Positions 40,964-51,401 of a DNA stretch of 64,000 nucleotides are shown here, piece by piece; the stretch's first letter is position 1, and each line of letters starts with the position of its first letter. The notes below the pieces were generated by a model. That model saw only the letters and a list, made by a program, of their open reading frames with translations, made no database searches and was not told where the DNA came from. This DNA comes from an uncultured Verrucomicrobiota bacterium. GTDB lineage: Bacteria; Auribacterota; JABMQX01. Location of the stretch: contig CAZXGF010000014.1 in assembly GCA_964640185.1 (NCBI GenBank), forward strand, positions 3,573 through 67,572, in the 5' to 3' direction. The translations under genes were made by a program, and so were the position numbers.

Positions 40964-42052
40964 CTATTGAGTTTCTCCCCAGGAAGTTGCTTGCGGGGAA
41001 TCAGCCAACTCCGGGGATGTCCTGGCAGATGAAGAAGATTCCCGTGCTTTTCTTCGGAGGAGGCGCTTGGTGAGTTGGTTGTTGATAAACCGAACCACGC
41101 CTCTGGAAAACTCCTGCCCGAAGACCTCTACGACCTGACGAAGGTCATCGGCCATGATGTTTTTCTCAAAGGCAATGGCCTCAAAATACTTTCCAAGCTC
41201 GTAGCAACATTCTTCCCGGCACAATCTCTTGTCGAGCCTATACAACATCACCGCTTTCAACAAACCGAGCCGTTCTTCGGGATTTCTTTCCTGTTCTTCG
41301 TCGAAGAATTCCAGAACCTCATTTAGCTTTCTCGCGTCGTAATTGTACTTCGTCCAGATGAGAGCGTCGGCGAATTCGTCGAAGAATGGCCGGAAACGCT
41401 CTCCTTTATCCGGACGGAGGTCAACAATCCGCTGAGCCAGGCGGGCAGCCGGCTGGCTTTTCCCCTGCCGACGATATAGCTGCAAGAGCGCGTGCAGCCC
41501 CTTGATTGAGTGAGGGTAGCTCCGCAAAAGAGACATCAACGCGTTCTGTTGCTCCTTGGGCCTTTTGAGCTTCTCCAGCGTTTCGGCGAGGCAGAGAAAT
41601 GCCTCCTCCGAAGGGAATATCCCGTTGGCCTTCCGCCAGGCCTGTGCCGCCTTCTGATATTGCCCCACCGCAGCGAACCCGCGTGCCAGTTGATAAAGGG
41701 CTTCGAGGTGATCCGGCAAAAGGCTGACAGCTTTCTGGGAATACCCGATGGCCGATTCGTGGCGGCCCTCCTCAAACGCTATCACACCCAACAGCAGGCT
41801 CACACGCGATGCGAACGCGCGATGCCCGTGCTTCTCTCCGAATTCCAATAGCTCTCCCAGCCGCTTGAGCGCTTCTTTTTTCCGTGCCCTTTTGCAGACA
41901 GGCCTCGCCTTCTCTTCTATCCACCCGACGATGTCGTTCTCCTCGTCACCCGTATGATAGGCAAAATCCACCGTCACCATCTCGCAGAGTTGCCAGAAGG
42001 TATATGCCGAATACTTCAGCTTCCCGTTATTGATGTCGTAAATCTCTATCAC
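40964..42052 (-). CDS. Tetratricopeptide-repeat protein
   Basis: Repeated helical pairs (AIGYSQKAVSLLPDHLEALYQLARGFAAVGQYQKAAQAWRKA); convergent with prfB. Confidence 0.75.
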   Translation of the reverse strand: MIEIYDINNGKLKYSAYTFWQLCEMVTVDFAYHTGDEENDIVGWIEEKARPVCKRARKKEALKRLGELLEFGEKHGHRAFASRVSLLLGVIAFEEGRHESAIGYSQKAVSLLPDHLEALYQLARGFAAVGQYQKAAQAWRKANGIFPSEEAFLCLAETLEKLKRPKEQQNALMSLLRSYPHSIKGLHALLQLYRRQGKSQPAARLAQRIVDLRPDKGERFRPFFDEFADALIWTKYNYDARKLNEVLEFFDEEQERNPEERLGLLKAVMLYRLDKRLCREECCYELGKYFEAIAFEKNIMADDLRQVVEVFGQEFSRGVVRFINNQLTKRLLRRKARESSSSARTSPELADSPQATSWGETQ

Positions 42053-42124
42053 GCCGTCCTCCCAATAAAGACCGATAATAGCAGACGACTCGCCTTTTGT
42101 CCAACATTCGTTTTTCCACGGATG

Positions 42125-42198
42125 CGGCTACGTTTAAGTGGCACGGAGGTCCGGTCTGTTGTCCCTGGAGCAAACCGTATATCTGGCAGCGACTTATC
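42125..42198. repeat. 74-bp dispersed repeat, copy B
   Basis: 60/74 ungapped match to 8084-8157. Confidence 0.75.
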
Positions 42199-42417
42199 CC
42201 CGCCCCTAACTGAGGCGTTACTCCGTCGTCGTATTCGTTGGTGCATTCATAGCGACAAGGGGGTAGAATCTGCCGGGCATAAGGTGAGAGCCCGGCGGGC
42301 GCGGGTGAGGCCAAGACGCTCTTCACCGAGCGAAGGATTGCTGGGTGAAAGGGCCTATCGAGTCGTTGCGGGAGAAAGTAAACAAAGACCCTTGATTGAT
42401 TCTGTGAGGAGTAAAGT

Positions 42418-45096
42418 ATGGAAAAGATATGGCTAAGCAGAAGAAGTTACGGGAAGTGGGGATTCGTTTTTGGCATCCCGGCAGCTATGGTTCTGATTGG
42501 GGCGACGGCTCTCGCGGCGGACCCTGCGTATTATGTAAGGAAAGACACCTGGCGGGAGACGATGCGTGCTTCCCGGGAAGCGCTGAGCCGACAGGAGCGC
42601 CGGGAAGGAATCAGAGTACCGCTGCCGAATCTGGGCGAGTCCGATTTTACCATCACGGCCTGGCTCAGGACAGAGGCTGACGGCGGAACCATCGTTTCTA
42701 AGTGCCCTCGCCTCGGCGAATGGAAGCGTTACGGCAAGGCCTTCTTTGTCCGGAATGGCAAACTTGGGTGTGACAGCGCCTACGTCGGGTTCATGGGATC
42801 GGACACAAACGTGAACGACGGGCAGTGGCATCACACTGCTTTGACGAAAAAGGGTGAAGAACTGGCCATTTCTGTGGACGGCAGATTGATCCGGAAGGGC
42901 GAGCTGCTGCTGGAGCCGGACGAGCCCGAGCATGTGATGAAAATCGGTTATTGCACACCTGATTTTCCCGAAGAGCAAAGCGGCTTTCAAGGCGAAATAG
43001 ATGAGGTGCGCATCTATAACAGAAAACTGTCACCGGACGAGATAAAAGCCACTGCTGAAAATTCTGACGACGTGACGGAAGGTCTGGCAGGCTTTTGGAA
43101 CTTCGAAGATGGCGCTTCAGACGTTTCCGGCAACAGAAATGATGGAAAGATACATAGCGCAACACGCTCCGAGGGAAAGTTCGGAAACGCTGTAAGATTT
43201 GACGGAAACAGCAGTGTTACGCTCCCGTCTTCTGCACCCGTGGCGGCTCGCCGTGAGGTATGGGAGCTCATCGCTCGTGACTTTACGGATGAAAAGCCGA
43301 AGAGAGAAATGGAACGGGAACAGGCTGACAACATCTGGAAAGCTGACTGGAATACCGGCGACGTGAAGGAGTTGGCAAGCCGTTATACTAAGGCTGCTCG
43401 TGATATTGGTGGTTTGCTCGCTAAGATAAGCAAGTTGGCGTCCGGGACCGAAAACTCCGCTGATCTCGAAAAAGTTGCGAGCCTCTATCACCTTTCCATA
43501 TTCAGCTATCAATCCAGTGCCAGCGTGCGGACGAAGATAAAGGCAATGCGGGATGGGGTCGCCTACCTGGAAGAATTACACAGCCGGGATGATGTGAAAT
43601 GGCAGAAGTACAAATCTGCTGTAGCGGCGCTCGCCAGCCCCGCGTTCCGCGGGGTGACGGCCAGCTTGGCTCACGGCGATGAATCCGCAATAAGGAGACT
43701 GGCAAGTATTGAAAGCGATGCCGAGGAACTTCGGTCGAAAATCCCGCTGACACTTCCTTCCGGGCCAAAAGGCCCGGGCCGTTTTGGCGCGTATTATACG
43801 AAGCTGAAATACAGTCTCGAATGGGACAGGCTTTGGCGGGTGGGCCCCGACGCTGATGTGGTAGTGCGGTTTGATGACGGGGGCCATCGGTTTGTCTTCT
43901 GGCGAGGCACCAGTTACATCCCCTGCTGGGTTACCGACGCCGGCGGATGGTACACAAACGAGTTCTTCGAGCGACGCGGCGGTGAGCGTAGCGGCACGAT
44001 GAGCATGGTGGAGCCGATGTCGGACAAGCAATGCCGATACTCTCGTGTGCGCATCATCGAAAGCAACGACGCCCGAGTGGTCGTTCATTGGCGTTACGCG
44101 CCGGTGGACCTAAAGTACCATCTCGCCTATATTGATAAGGAATCAGGTTGGGGCGACTGGGCGGATGAATATTACACGATCTACCCCGACGCCGTCGGAG
44201 TACGCAAGGCCAAATTATACACTTCGGCGACTGAAGACTGGATTGAATACCAGGAGAGTATTGTGGTCAATCAGCCGGGCACCCGACCGGAAGACAATTT
44301 GCACTATGCGGCTGTAACCCTCGCGAACATGAAAGGCGATAGCCACACCTACTCATGGGAGCACACATGGCCGGATAAGTTCGACAAACCGCCCGATGGC
44401 AATATCCAGGTGGTGAATCTTAAGGGCAAGACTCGGCCTTTCTCGATTGTGGACCCCGACGGGGCGTTCGCCAGGGCGTACCCAAAATATGGCGCCAAAA
44501 CGAAGTTTCACTGCTGGAGCCACTGGCCGGTATCGCAGGAAGAGTCGGATACCACGGTGGCCACTACTTTCGACAGGCCTTCTCACACCTCGCTATCCCA
44601 CATCAAGTGGAAACCGTATGCCGAGGAAGAGAAATCGAGAACGTGGGTAATGCTTCATGGTATGACCGACCGGGACGGCGGGGAACTGGCCGTCCTCGCG
44701 AAATCGTGGCTGCACGCGCCGCAGCTTGAGATGGTCAGCCGCGGTTTTACCTCTGCGGGCTATGACCTGACCCAACGTGCCTACGTATTGACGTGCAACA
44801 AAGCAGGCGAGCCCGCACCACTGGCTTTTCGAATCAATGCAAGCGAGGATTCGCCTTCTGTCAATCCCGCCTTTGTAATCAAACGCTGGGGTAAAATCGG
44901 CGCCGCCTTGAAACTGAACGGGAGGGCTATCAAGCGGAGTAAGGATTTCCGTTTTGGGCATCGGCCAAGCGACGACGGCTACGATCTTATCGTATGGATC
45001 AAGACCGAATCGAACAAGCCGCTCAGCGTTTCTCTTTCGCGGGTCGGCCGCTTGACGTGGCATCCCGCCGGAGGCGGGACCCGTGGAGAATCATAG
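42418..45096 (+). CDS. Secreted LamG-domain protein with a helical linker and an uncharacterised C-terminal domain of about 440 aa (paralog 1)
   Basis: Signal peptide; GEIDEVRIYNRKLS (LamG); C-terminal block shared with 45192..47270. Confidence 0.8.
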   Translation: MEKIWLSRRSYGKWGFVFGIPAAMVLIGATALAADPAYYVRKDTWRETMRASREALSRQERREGIRVPLPNLGESDFTITAWLRTEADGGTIVSKCPRLGEWKRYGKAFFVRNGKLGCDSAYVGFMGSDTNVNDGQWHHTALTKKGEELAISVDGRLIRKGELLLEPDEPEHVMKIGYCTPDFPEEQSGFQGEIDEVRIYNRKLSPDEIKATAENSDDVTEGLAGFWNFEDGASDVSGNRNDGKIHSATRSEGKFGNAVRFDGNSSVTLPSSAPVAARREVWELIARDFTDEKPKREMEREQADNIWKADWNTGDVKELASRYTKAARDIGGLLAKISKLASGTENSADLEKVASLYHLSIFSYQSSASVRTKIKAMRDGVAYLEELHSRDDVKWQKYKSAVAALASPAFRGVTASLAHGDESAIRRLASIESDAEELRSKIPLTLPSGPKGPGRFGAYYTKLKYSLEWDRLWRVGPDADVVVRFDDGGHRFVFWRGTSYIPCWVTDAGGWYTNEFFERRGGERSGTMSMVEPMSDKQCRYSRVRIIESNDARVVVHWRYAPVDLKYHLAYIDKESGWGDWADEYYTIYPDAVGVRKAKLYTSATEDWIEYQESIVVNQPGTRPEDNLHYAAVTLANMKGDSHTYSWEHTWPDKFDKPPDGNIQVVNLKGKTRPFSIVDPDGAFARAYPKYGAKTKFHCWSHWPVSQEESDTTVATTFDRPSHTSLSHIKWKPYAEEEKSRTWVMLHGMTDRDGGELAVLAKSWLHAPQLEMVSRGFTSAGYDLTQRAYVLTCNKAGEPAPLAFRINASEDSPSVNPAFVIKRWGKIGAALKLNGRAIKRSKDFRFGHRPSDDGYDLIVWIKTESNKPLSVSLSRVGRLTWHPAGGGTRGES

Positions 45097-45191
45097 GCAA
45101 GAGCCCATGCCGCCATAACTGTCAGGATAGCCTCTCGTAATGAAAATATGTAGTCTGAACACTGTAAGAAAGAGAACGCAAGGAATAGGAA

Positions 45192-47270
45192 ATGAGAAAA
45201 TCGTTTTTCATCACGAGCCTGTTATTGTTATCCATGCCCATACATGCTACCGATAACGGATTAGTCGCGTGGTGGAAGTTTGACGAAGAGCGGGGCAAAA
45301 TCGCACTCGATAGCGTCGCGCAAAGGGGAGATAGCGTTTTGGGAAACTTTTGGTATCTTCCTGGGGTTTCCGGGAGCAGTGCGAAATTCGACGGCTTCAC
45401 AACTCACATCGTTCGCACGGCGGCCGACGCTCCGCGGTTGCTCGACGCCTTCAGTGTGGAGGCTTGGGTCGCACCTCAGGCGTATCCATACAATTGGTGT
45501 GCGATTGTGAATCAAGAACGGGACCACCGGGCGGGCTACTTTTTCGGAATAGATGACTTCGGGCGAGTTGGCTTACATATAGCAGTTGACGGCAAATGGC
45601 GTGAATGTACGTCGAAGGAAACGATACCTTTTATGACGAAGTGGTCCCACATCGCAGGCACATTCAGCAAAGAGAAGGGGATTGCCGTTTACATCAACGG
45701 CGAATCGGCCGCCAGTCTGCCGCTCAAGGGTGAATTGATCTTTGCCGGCGATGTAAACCTTCAGATTGGCAGAAACCATAAGAAAACTAAAATGAATCCG
45801 AAAGCATTGGTTCGGCGGGATGTTAATTTCCCCACGTCCTATTCTTTTGACGGCATCATAGATGAACTGAAAATCTATAATCGCGCTCTGTCTGCCGAGG
45901 AGATAAGACAATCCTACCGGCACAGCGACCCGAAAACTACGCCTCCCCTGAAATGGCGAAAGCTGCCTGAGCTGCCAAAAGGCTCAGGTGATTTTGGCGC
46001 GATATACTGCAAACTAAAGTTTTATCCGGAGTGGGACGCTCTCTGGCGGGTTGGCGACCGCCCGGATATCGTCGTGAATTTCGACGGCAATCCCTACCAG
46101 ATGGTCTTCTGGCGCGGCACCAACTACAACATGAATTTGGTTGGAGAGAATGGCAAATGGGTTGCTGACCAGAGTGCCGAGGGCGGCGGCGGCAATGTTA
46201 CCGGCTGCTGCGAGCACATGTCTGATAAGCAGTGCCGTTACTCTCACGTGCGGCTTATCGAAAATCACGACGCCCGGGTGGTGGTGCATTGGCGTTATGC
46301 CCTGTGCGATGTGTTGTACCGAATCGCCAATTTGCGCGATGGCTGGGGAGCTTGGGCGGATGAGCATTATTACATCTACCCGGATGGCGTAGCCGTGCGA
46401 GCCTTTAACGTTTACGGTATGGGTGGAGGATGCAGCATTACCGAACCGGCGTCTCTCAATAATCTGGGCGAAAGGGCAGAGGACAACCTCCGAGTTGATG
46501 CGATCGTCACAGCCAACATGAAGGGCCAAATCCGCGCGCACAGGTGGGACCCGTGGCCGAGCAGCGGCAGGACGGCTGCCCCTTTCACCAACGCGCTGCC
46601 CGACGCCAACATCTGCGTGGTGAATTTCAGGTCTCGATCCAAGCCATTCTACATTTACGAGCCGGGCGCCCGGATCATTCCGTATGGCGGCGGCCTCAGG
46701 GAAGTGCGCGACTATTCAACATTCCCCACCTGGAATCATTGGCCAGTCTCGCAGGCTCCGTCAGATGGGCGGTACGCCTTCGCCACGGACAGAGTTTCCA
46801 GCTCGGCGGTAACGTCGCCTGAGCCACCTATGACAAGGAGGGAAGACGGTGTCATGGTGGGCAGGTTCATCATGGGGCTGACGAATCAACCCATCGAGAA
46901 GCTCGCTCCCATCGCTCGATCGTGGCTTCAGGCGCCGGAAGTCCGGGTCACAGGCACAGCTTTCAACAGCGAAGGATATAGCCGTGACCAACGCGCCTTT
47001 ATCCTGGCGAGCAATCATCCCGGCGGCGCCGAGACCCTTGAGCTGAACATTGCAGCTTCCGAAAAGTCCCCGTTGGTAAACCCCGCGTTTGTCATCAAAG
47101 GATGGGGGGAGGCAGGCGTCGCGCTCACGCTCGAAGGGCAACCGGTTCCGCCTGGCAAGAACTTCCGCTTCGGGCATCGCTACACTTTGGAAGGCGCCGA
47201 CCTGGTTGTATGGATCGAGGCGGAAGCGATGGCGCCGATACAAGTGGCATTCGCACCCGTAAAGGAATGA
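45192..47270 (+). CDS. Secreted LamG-domain protein with an uncharacterised C-terminal domain of about 440 aa (paralog 2)
   Basis: Signal peptide; GLVAWWKFDE...GIIDELKIYNRAL; shared EWD.LWRVG / FWRGT / MSDKQCRYS / VVVHWRYA / HWPV.Q / FRFGHR motifs. Confidence 0.8.
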   Translation: MRKSFFITSLLLLSMPIHATDNGLVAWWKFDEERGKIALDSVAQRGDSVLGNFWYLPGVSGSSAKFDGFTTHIVRTAADAPRLLDAFSVEAWVAPQAYPYNWCAIVNQERDHRAGYFFGIDDFGRVGLHIAVDGKWRECTSKETIPFMTKWSHIAGTFSKEKGIAVYINGESAASLPLKGELIFAGDVNLQIGRNHKKTKMNPKALVRRDVNFPTSYSFDGIIDELKIYNRALSAEEIRQSYRHSDPKTTPPLKWRKLPELPKGSGDFGAIYCKLKFYPEWDALWRVGDRPDIVVNFDGNPYQMVFWRGTNYNMNLVGENGKWVADQSAEGGGGNVTGCCEHMSDKQCRYSHVRLIENHDARVVVHWRYALCDVLYRIANLRDGWGAWADEHYYIYPDGVAVRAFNVYGMGGGCSITEPASLNNLGERAEDNLRVDAIVTANMKGQIRAHRWDPWPSSGRTAAPFTNALPDANICVVNFRSRSKPFYIYEPGARIIPYGGGLREVRDYSTFPTWNHWPVSQAPSDGRYAFATDRVSSSAVTSPEPPMTRREDGVMVGRFIMGLTNQPIEKLAPIARSWLQAPEVRVTGTAFNSEGYSRDQRAFILASNHPGGAETLELNIAASEKSPLVNPAFVIKGWGEAGVALTLEGQPVPPGKNFRFGHRYTLEGADLVVWIEAEAMAPIQVAFAPVKE

Positions 47271-47346
47271 GGTCGGAACGATTGGATGGCACGCGGCGGC
47301 TGGCTTTTACCTTCTGGCCCGACATGACAAATACGTTGCATAATTG

Positions 47347-47355
47347 TGCTATAAT
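47347..47355 (+). promoter_or_regulatory. Candidate extended -10 sigma70 promoter for the sugar ABC operon
   Basis: TGcTATAAT, 134 nt upstream of the substrate-binding protein start. Confidence 0.5.
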
Positions 47356-47488
47356 GTAGTTAGACGTCTCCCTCCCGCATTTGTGAAAAGAAAAGTTGGG
47401 CCATGGAGTATATTGAATGGGCGGTCGTGGGTCGAACGCCTTTGATCCGGCTGATGAAAACAGTTGCACGCATTGAAAGGAAGAAAAC

Positions 47489-48505
47489 ATGAAAAGAGCG
47501 CTTCCAATTATCGTTCTGGTAGGCCTGGCTGTGATAGTCATTGTTGTTGTCGCGATTCGCAAAAAGGAGGAGGCCGAGCCGATTGTCTGGTACGGGCCGA
47601 TGCCGCATCCATACGTGAGCGAAGTAAAAGCAGGCGTCGAGGCCTGTGGGAAGGATTTCGGCGCAAAGATTTTCACAATGGTCGGGCAGGAATGGACCCA
47701 GGACAACGAAAACATCAATGTCGAGGCGCTTTCGACAAAGGGGCACAAGGCGTTCAGCGTTTATCCGGGCGACGCCGCCGGCGCCAACGGACTTTTCGCC
47801 GCGCTGCGAAGGAAGGGGCAACTGGTCGTTGCTTACGGGGCGGAACCTGCGCTGCCGACGCCCGCGTCATTCACCGTCGCCACTGACATCAAGGGCGCGG
47901 CGATGACGGCCTGCGAAGAGCTCATCAAAATGATGGGCGAAAAAGGCAATATCCTCAACGTTCTGGAAACGGTCACCGACATCAACACCAAAAAGCGGGA
48001 CGAGGGTATCAACGAGGTCGTCGCCAAGTATCCCAACGTCAATATCGTCCAGACCATCGCCGACATGACGCAGGTCAGCGAGGCTACCAACAAAATCCAG
48101 AGCGCCCTGGCTGCGCGCGCCGACGAGATAGATGGGATCATCACAACCGGATACAACCCGACTATCGCGGCCGCCGCCATCCTTACCGAGTGGCACAAGA
48201 ATCCCAATCACAAGAGAATCCGCTTCATCGGCATAGACACGGGCGCGACGGTCCTTCAGGCGATACGCGACGGGTACATTGACGCGACAATCGCCCAGAA
48301 CCCGTTCGGCCACGGGTATATCTCATGCGCGATTCTGAAGATGATGCTGGATGGTTGGAAGCCGAAGAAGGACTACCAGTTCATCAACGCCGGAATCGTC
48401 AAGGTCACCAAGAAAAACGTTGGCACCTATCCCGACGAAGTCCGCAAGATCACCGACGGCATCGTGACCGACCTAAAAACGAAGTACCTCCTCCCACCCA
48501 AGTGA
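47489..48505 (+). CDS. Sugar ABC transporter substrate-binding protein (RbsB/Peripla_BP_4 type)
   Basis: N-terminal membrane anchor; IRFIGID...I.DG.IDATIAQNPFGHGY motif. Confidence 0.9.
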   Translation: MKRALPIIVLVGLAVIVIVVVAIRKKEEAEPIVWYGPMPHPYVSEVKAGVEACGKDFGAKIFTMVGQEWTQDNENINVEALSTKGHKAFSVYPGDAAGANGLFAALRRKGQLVVAYGAEPALPTPASFTVATDIKGAAMTACEELIKMMGEKGNILNVLETVTDINTKKRDEGINEVVAKYPNVNIVQTIADMTQVSEATNKIQSALAARADEIDGIITTGYNPTIAAAAILTEWHKNPNHKRIRFIGIDTGATVLQAIRDGYIDATIAQNPFGHGYISCAILKMMLDGWKPKKDYQFINAGIVKVTKKNVGTYPDEVRKITDGIVTDLKTKYLLPPK

Positions 48506-48553
48506 GATAAGATCGGCGGGGAACAACTACGTGGCCCGCCGCAAAGAGAGGGA

Positions 48554-50068
48554 ATGGGCGTGCTCGAACTGCACTCGATAAGCAAGAGTTTCCCCGGCGT
48601 CAAGGCGCTGGACAACGTGTCTCTCCGGTTTGATGCGGGAGAGATCCACGCGCTCGTCGGCGAGAACGGCGCCGGGAAGAGCACCGCCATCAAGGTCATC
48701 ACCGGAATCCTCCAGCCCGATTCCGGGGAGGTCTTTTTCGAGGGCCGGCCGCTGCGCTGTCGCAGTTATCGAGACAGCCTGGAACGGGGTATCAATGTCG
48801 TTGACCAGGAGATCCAGGTTATCCCGGACAGCAGCATCGCCGAGAACATTATGCTTGACAAGATGATCACACGCGGCAAAACGGGGATCATCAACTGGAA
48901 GGCGATTAACCGGGTTGCGAAAAAGTACATGGACACGGTCGGCCTGAAGTTTCCGCCAACGACCGTGATGAGGCGCCTCAGCGCCGCCCATAAGCAGCTT
49001 GCCCAGATCGCCAAGGCCCTGGCCGCCAACGCCCGAGTGCTGCTTCTGGACGAGCCGACGAGTTCTCTGTCGGAACACGAGGCCCGGCACCTGTTTCAGA
49101 TTCTCCGTGCCCTGAGAACGTCCGGCGTTACCATCGTCTTCGTCTCCCATAAGTGCGAGGAGGTCTTTGCTCTCTGCGACAAGGTCAGCGTCCTGCGGGA
49201 TGGCCGGTGCGTCGGGACACGCCGCATCCCCGATTTGACCATCAACGAGCTTATCAAGATGATGATCGGCCGAACGTGCGAGGATGAGCACCTCGGCGAC
49301 CTGGACGTCAATCGCAGCCGGGAGATGCTGCGGGCCGAGCACATCGTCCGCTACGAAAAGGCCGCCGACGTGAGCTTCACGTTGTATGAAGGCGAGATTC
49401 TCGGCTTTTACGGACTGGTCGGGTCCGGCAGAACAGAGCTGGCGAGGATTCTCATCGGGGAGGACAAGCTGGATGGCGGCGGGATTTATGTGCGGGGTGA
49501 AAAGGCGCACATCCGAAGCGTCGCCGACAGCCTATATCGGTACCGCATCGGGTACGTCACGGAGAACCGTAAGGAGGAAGGCCTCCTTCTCAAGGCGCCA
49601 GTGCACACCAACATTACTATTACAGTCTGGCAAAACATCATCAACAAGCTCACCCGCCGCGTCAGCCCACAAAAGGAGCTGGTGATAGCCAACCGGATGG
49701 TCGCTGCTCTCGACATCCGCGCCACCGGGTTAGGCCAGAGGACTGAGAACCTCAGCGGCGGCAACCAGCAGAAGGTGAGCATCTCCAAGTGGCTCGCAGC
49801 CGACTGCGACATCCTTATCATTGATGAACCCACCGTCGGGGTGGACGTCGGCGCCAAGGAGCAAATTCACCGTCTGATCTGGGAGCTCGCCAAGAAACAC
49901 CGAAAATCCATCATCCTCATCTCATCCGATATGCCTGAGATTATCAAGGTCTCCAGCCGCATCCTCGTGTTCAAGAACCAACGCATCGTGGGTGAACTGA
50001 CGGGAATCGGCGACAAGAATAAGACATACGACGAAATCAGTACGGCGATCGGGCATTACCTCGCCTGA
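48554..50068 (+). CDS. Sugar ABC transporter ATP-binding protein (RbsA-like, two NBDs)
   Basis: GENGAGKST, LDEPT, LSGGNQQKV and IDEPTVGVDVGAK motifs. Confidence 0.95.
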   Translation: MGVLELHSISKSFPGVKALDNVSLRFDAGEIHALVGENGAGKSTAIKVITGILQPDSGEVFFEGRPLRCRSYRDSLERGINVVDQEIQVIPDSSIAENIMLDKMITRGKTGIINWKAINRVAKKYMDTVGLKFPPTTVMRRLSAAHKQLAQIAKALAANARVLLLDEPTSSLSEHEARHLFQILRALRTSGVTIVFVSHKCEEVFALCDKVSVLRDGRCVGTRRIPDLTINELIKMMIGRTCEDEHLGDLDVNRSREMLRAEHIVRYEKAADVSFTLYEGEILGFYGLVGSGRTELARILIGEDKLDGGGIYVRGEKAHIRSVADSLYRYRIGYVTENRKEEGLLLKAPVHTNITITVWQNIINKLTRRVSPQKELVIANRMVAALDIRATGLGQRTENLSGGNQQKVSISKWLAADCDILIIDEPTVGVDVGAKEQIHRLIWELAKKHRKSIILISSDMPEIIKVSSRILVFKNQRIVGELTGIGDKNKTYDEISTAIGHYLA

Positions 50069-50100
50069 GCAAGCCGGGGGAAACCAGTGGATACGCAACC

Positions 50101-51192
50101 ATGAAAAACAGCTCGACCGAGAACGAAACAACCGCTTCTCTTGAAAACAGCCAAAAGCCCGATTTGGGCAAGTATGGCGGGACCCCGTCCGCCCTCCATG
50201 AGCTGTTCAGCGGCAGGACCCTCGGGCTGGTTCTGTCCGCCGCAATCCTGTTTGCCATTCTGGCCGCGCGGTCTCGGAGCTTCCTGTCAACCTATACAAT
50301 GACTGTCATTTCCAGGCAGGCGGCCTTCTTTGCGCTCATTGCTCTATCGCAGGGGGTGTGCCTCGTAGTTGGAGGAATGAACCTTTCCGTGGGCGCCATC
50401 GGCAGCATCGCCACCGTGACCCTTGGACTTTGCATGGACAACTTCGGTCTGTCCTCTTGGGTAGCCGTGCCGATCGTTCTGGCTGTGGGCGCCGTCGCCG
50501 GCTTAATCAACGGCCAACTTATCACCCGCCTCCAGATCAACTCCTTCATCGTGACTCTTTCCATGATGTTCGTTTACATGGGGCTGCGATCGGGCATTTC
50601 CGGCGGTGCTCCTTACCGGGTGCCGGAATCGTTCACGTTCATTGGCCAGCAGGACCTGTTTGGCGTTCCATACGTTTTCCTCATCACGATAGTTGTTCTC
50701 GCCGCCGTCTCGTACATGTTCCGTGACACCGTCTTCGGCAGGAGACTGCTCGCCACGGGCGGCAACGCGGATGCAGCGAGGCTTTCGGGCATTGACACCG
50801 ACAGGATGATAGTGTGGGCTAACGTCTTATCCGGCGTGTTTGCTTCTCTCGCCGCCACCCTGTGGGCCTCCAAGCTGGGCTCCGCGGCCCCGGAAACCGG
50901 GGACGGGTGGCTCATCGTTTCCTTCGCTGTCGCCATCATCGGCGGCACCGGCCTCAGCGGCGGCGTCATTTCGGCCATTGGGATTTTTATGGGCGCCACA
51001 ATTTTCATGTTGATTAAGCACGGTCTGGTGGAAGTAAAGGCCAACGCTTACTATGCCAACTCCTTCCTGGGCGCGCTGATTCTCCTGGCAATCATCGTGG
51101 ACCGCGCCAGGGAGATTTACGGGAAGCGAATGCAGTCCGCTGCCCAGCGACACGCAGCTCAGCTTTCTGACAAGGCCCCAGGCGGCCAGTGA
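50101..51192 (+). CDS. Sugar ABC transporter permease (RbsC-like)
   Basis: GGMNLSVG, FIVTL, ATGGNADAARLSGI and AIIGGTGLSGG motifs. Confidence 0.93.
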   Translation: MKNSSTENETTASLENSQKPDLGKYGGTPSALHELFSGRTLGLVLSAAILFAILAARSRSFLSTYTMTVISRQAAFFALIALSQGVCLVVGGMNLSVGAIGSIATVTLGLCMDNFGLSSWVAVPIVLAVGAVAGLINGQLITRLQINSFIVTLSMMFVYMGLRSGISGGAPYRVPESFTFIGQQDLFGVPYVFLITIVVLAAVSYMFRDTVFGRRLLATGGNADAARLSGIDTDRMIVWANVLSGVFASLAATLWASKLGSAAPETGDGWLIVSFAVAIIGGTGLSGGVISAIGIFMGATIFMLIKHGLVEVKANAYYANSFLGALILLAIIVDRAREIYGKRMQSAAQRHAAQLSDKAPGGQ

Positions 51193-51401
51193 CGGAGCAC
51201 TAACGAAATCTCCCGCCGTCGTCTCACGGCGTCAGCCGCCCGGGAACAGTGGTGGGCTATCCGGAATCACCTCTCGGAAGCTCGCCCTAAACATCAACGT
51301 CTGCCCCTGGGGGCAATGCAATCGGAGAGGCGAGTTTCTTTGGCTTGAGCAGTCGGAGCATCGAAAGAGACCTGCGATGCAATCGGAGGAGCGCGAGGCA
51401 C

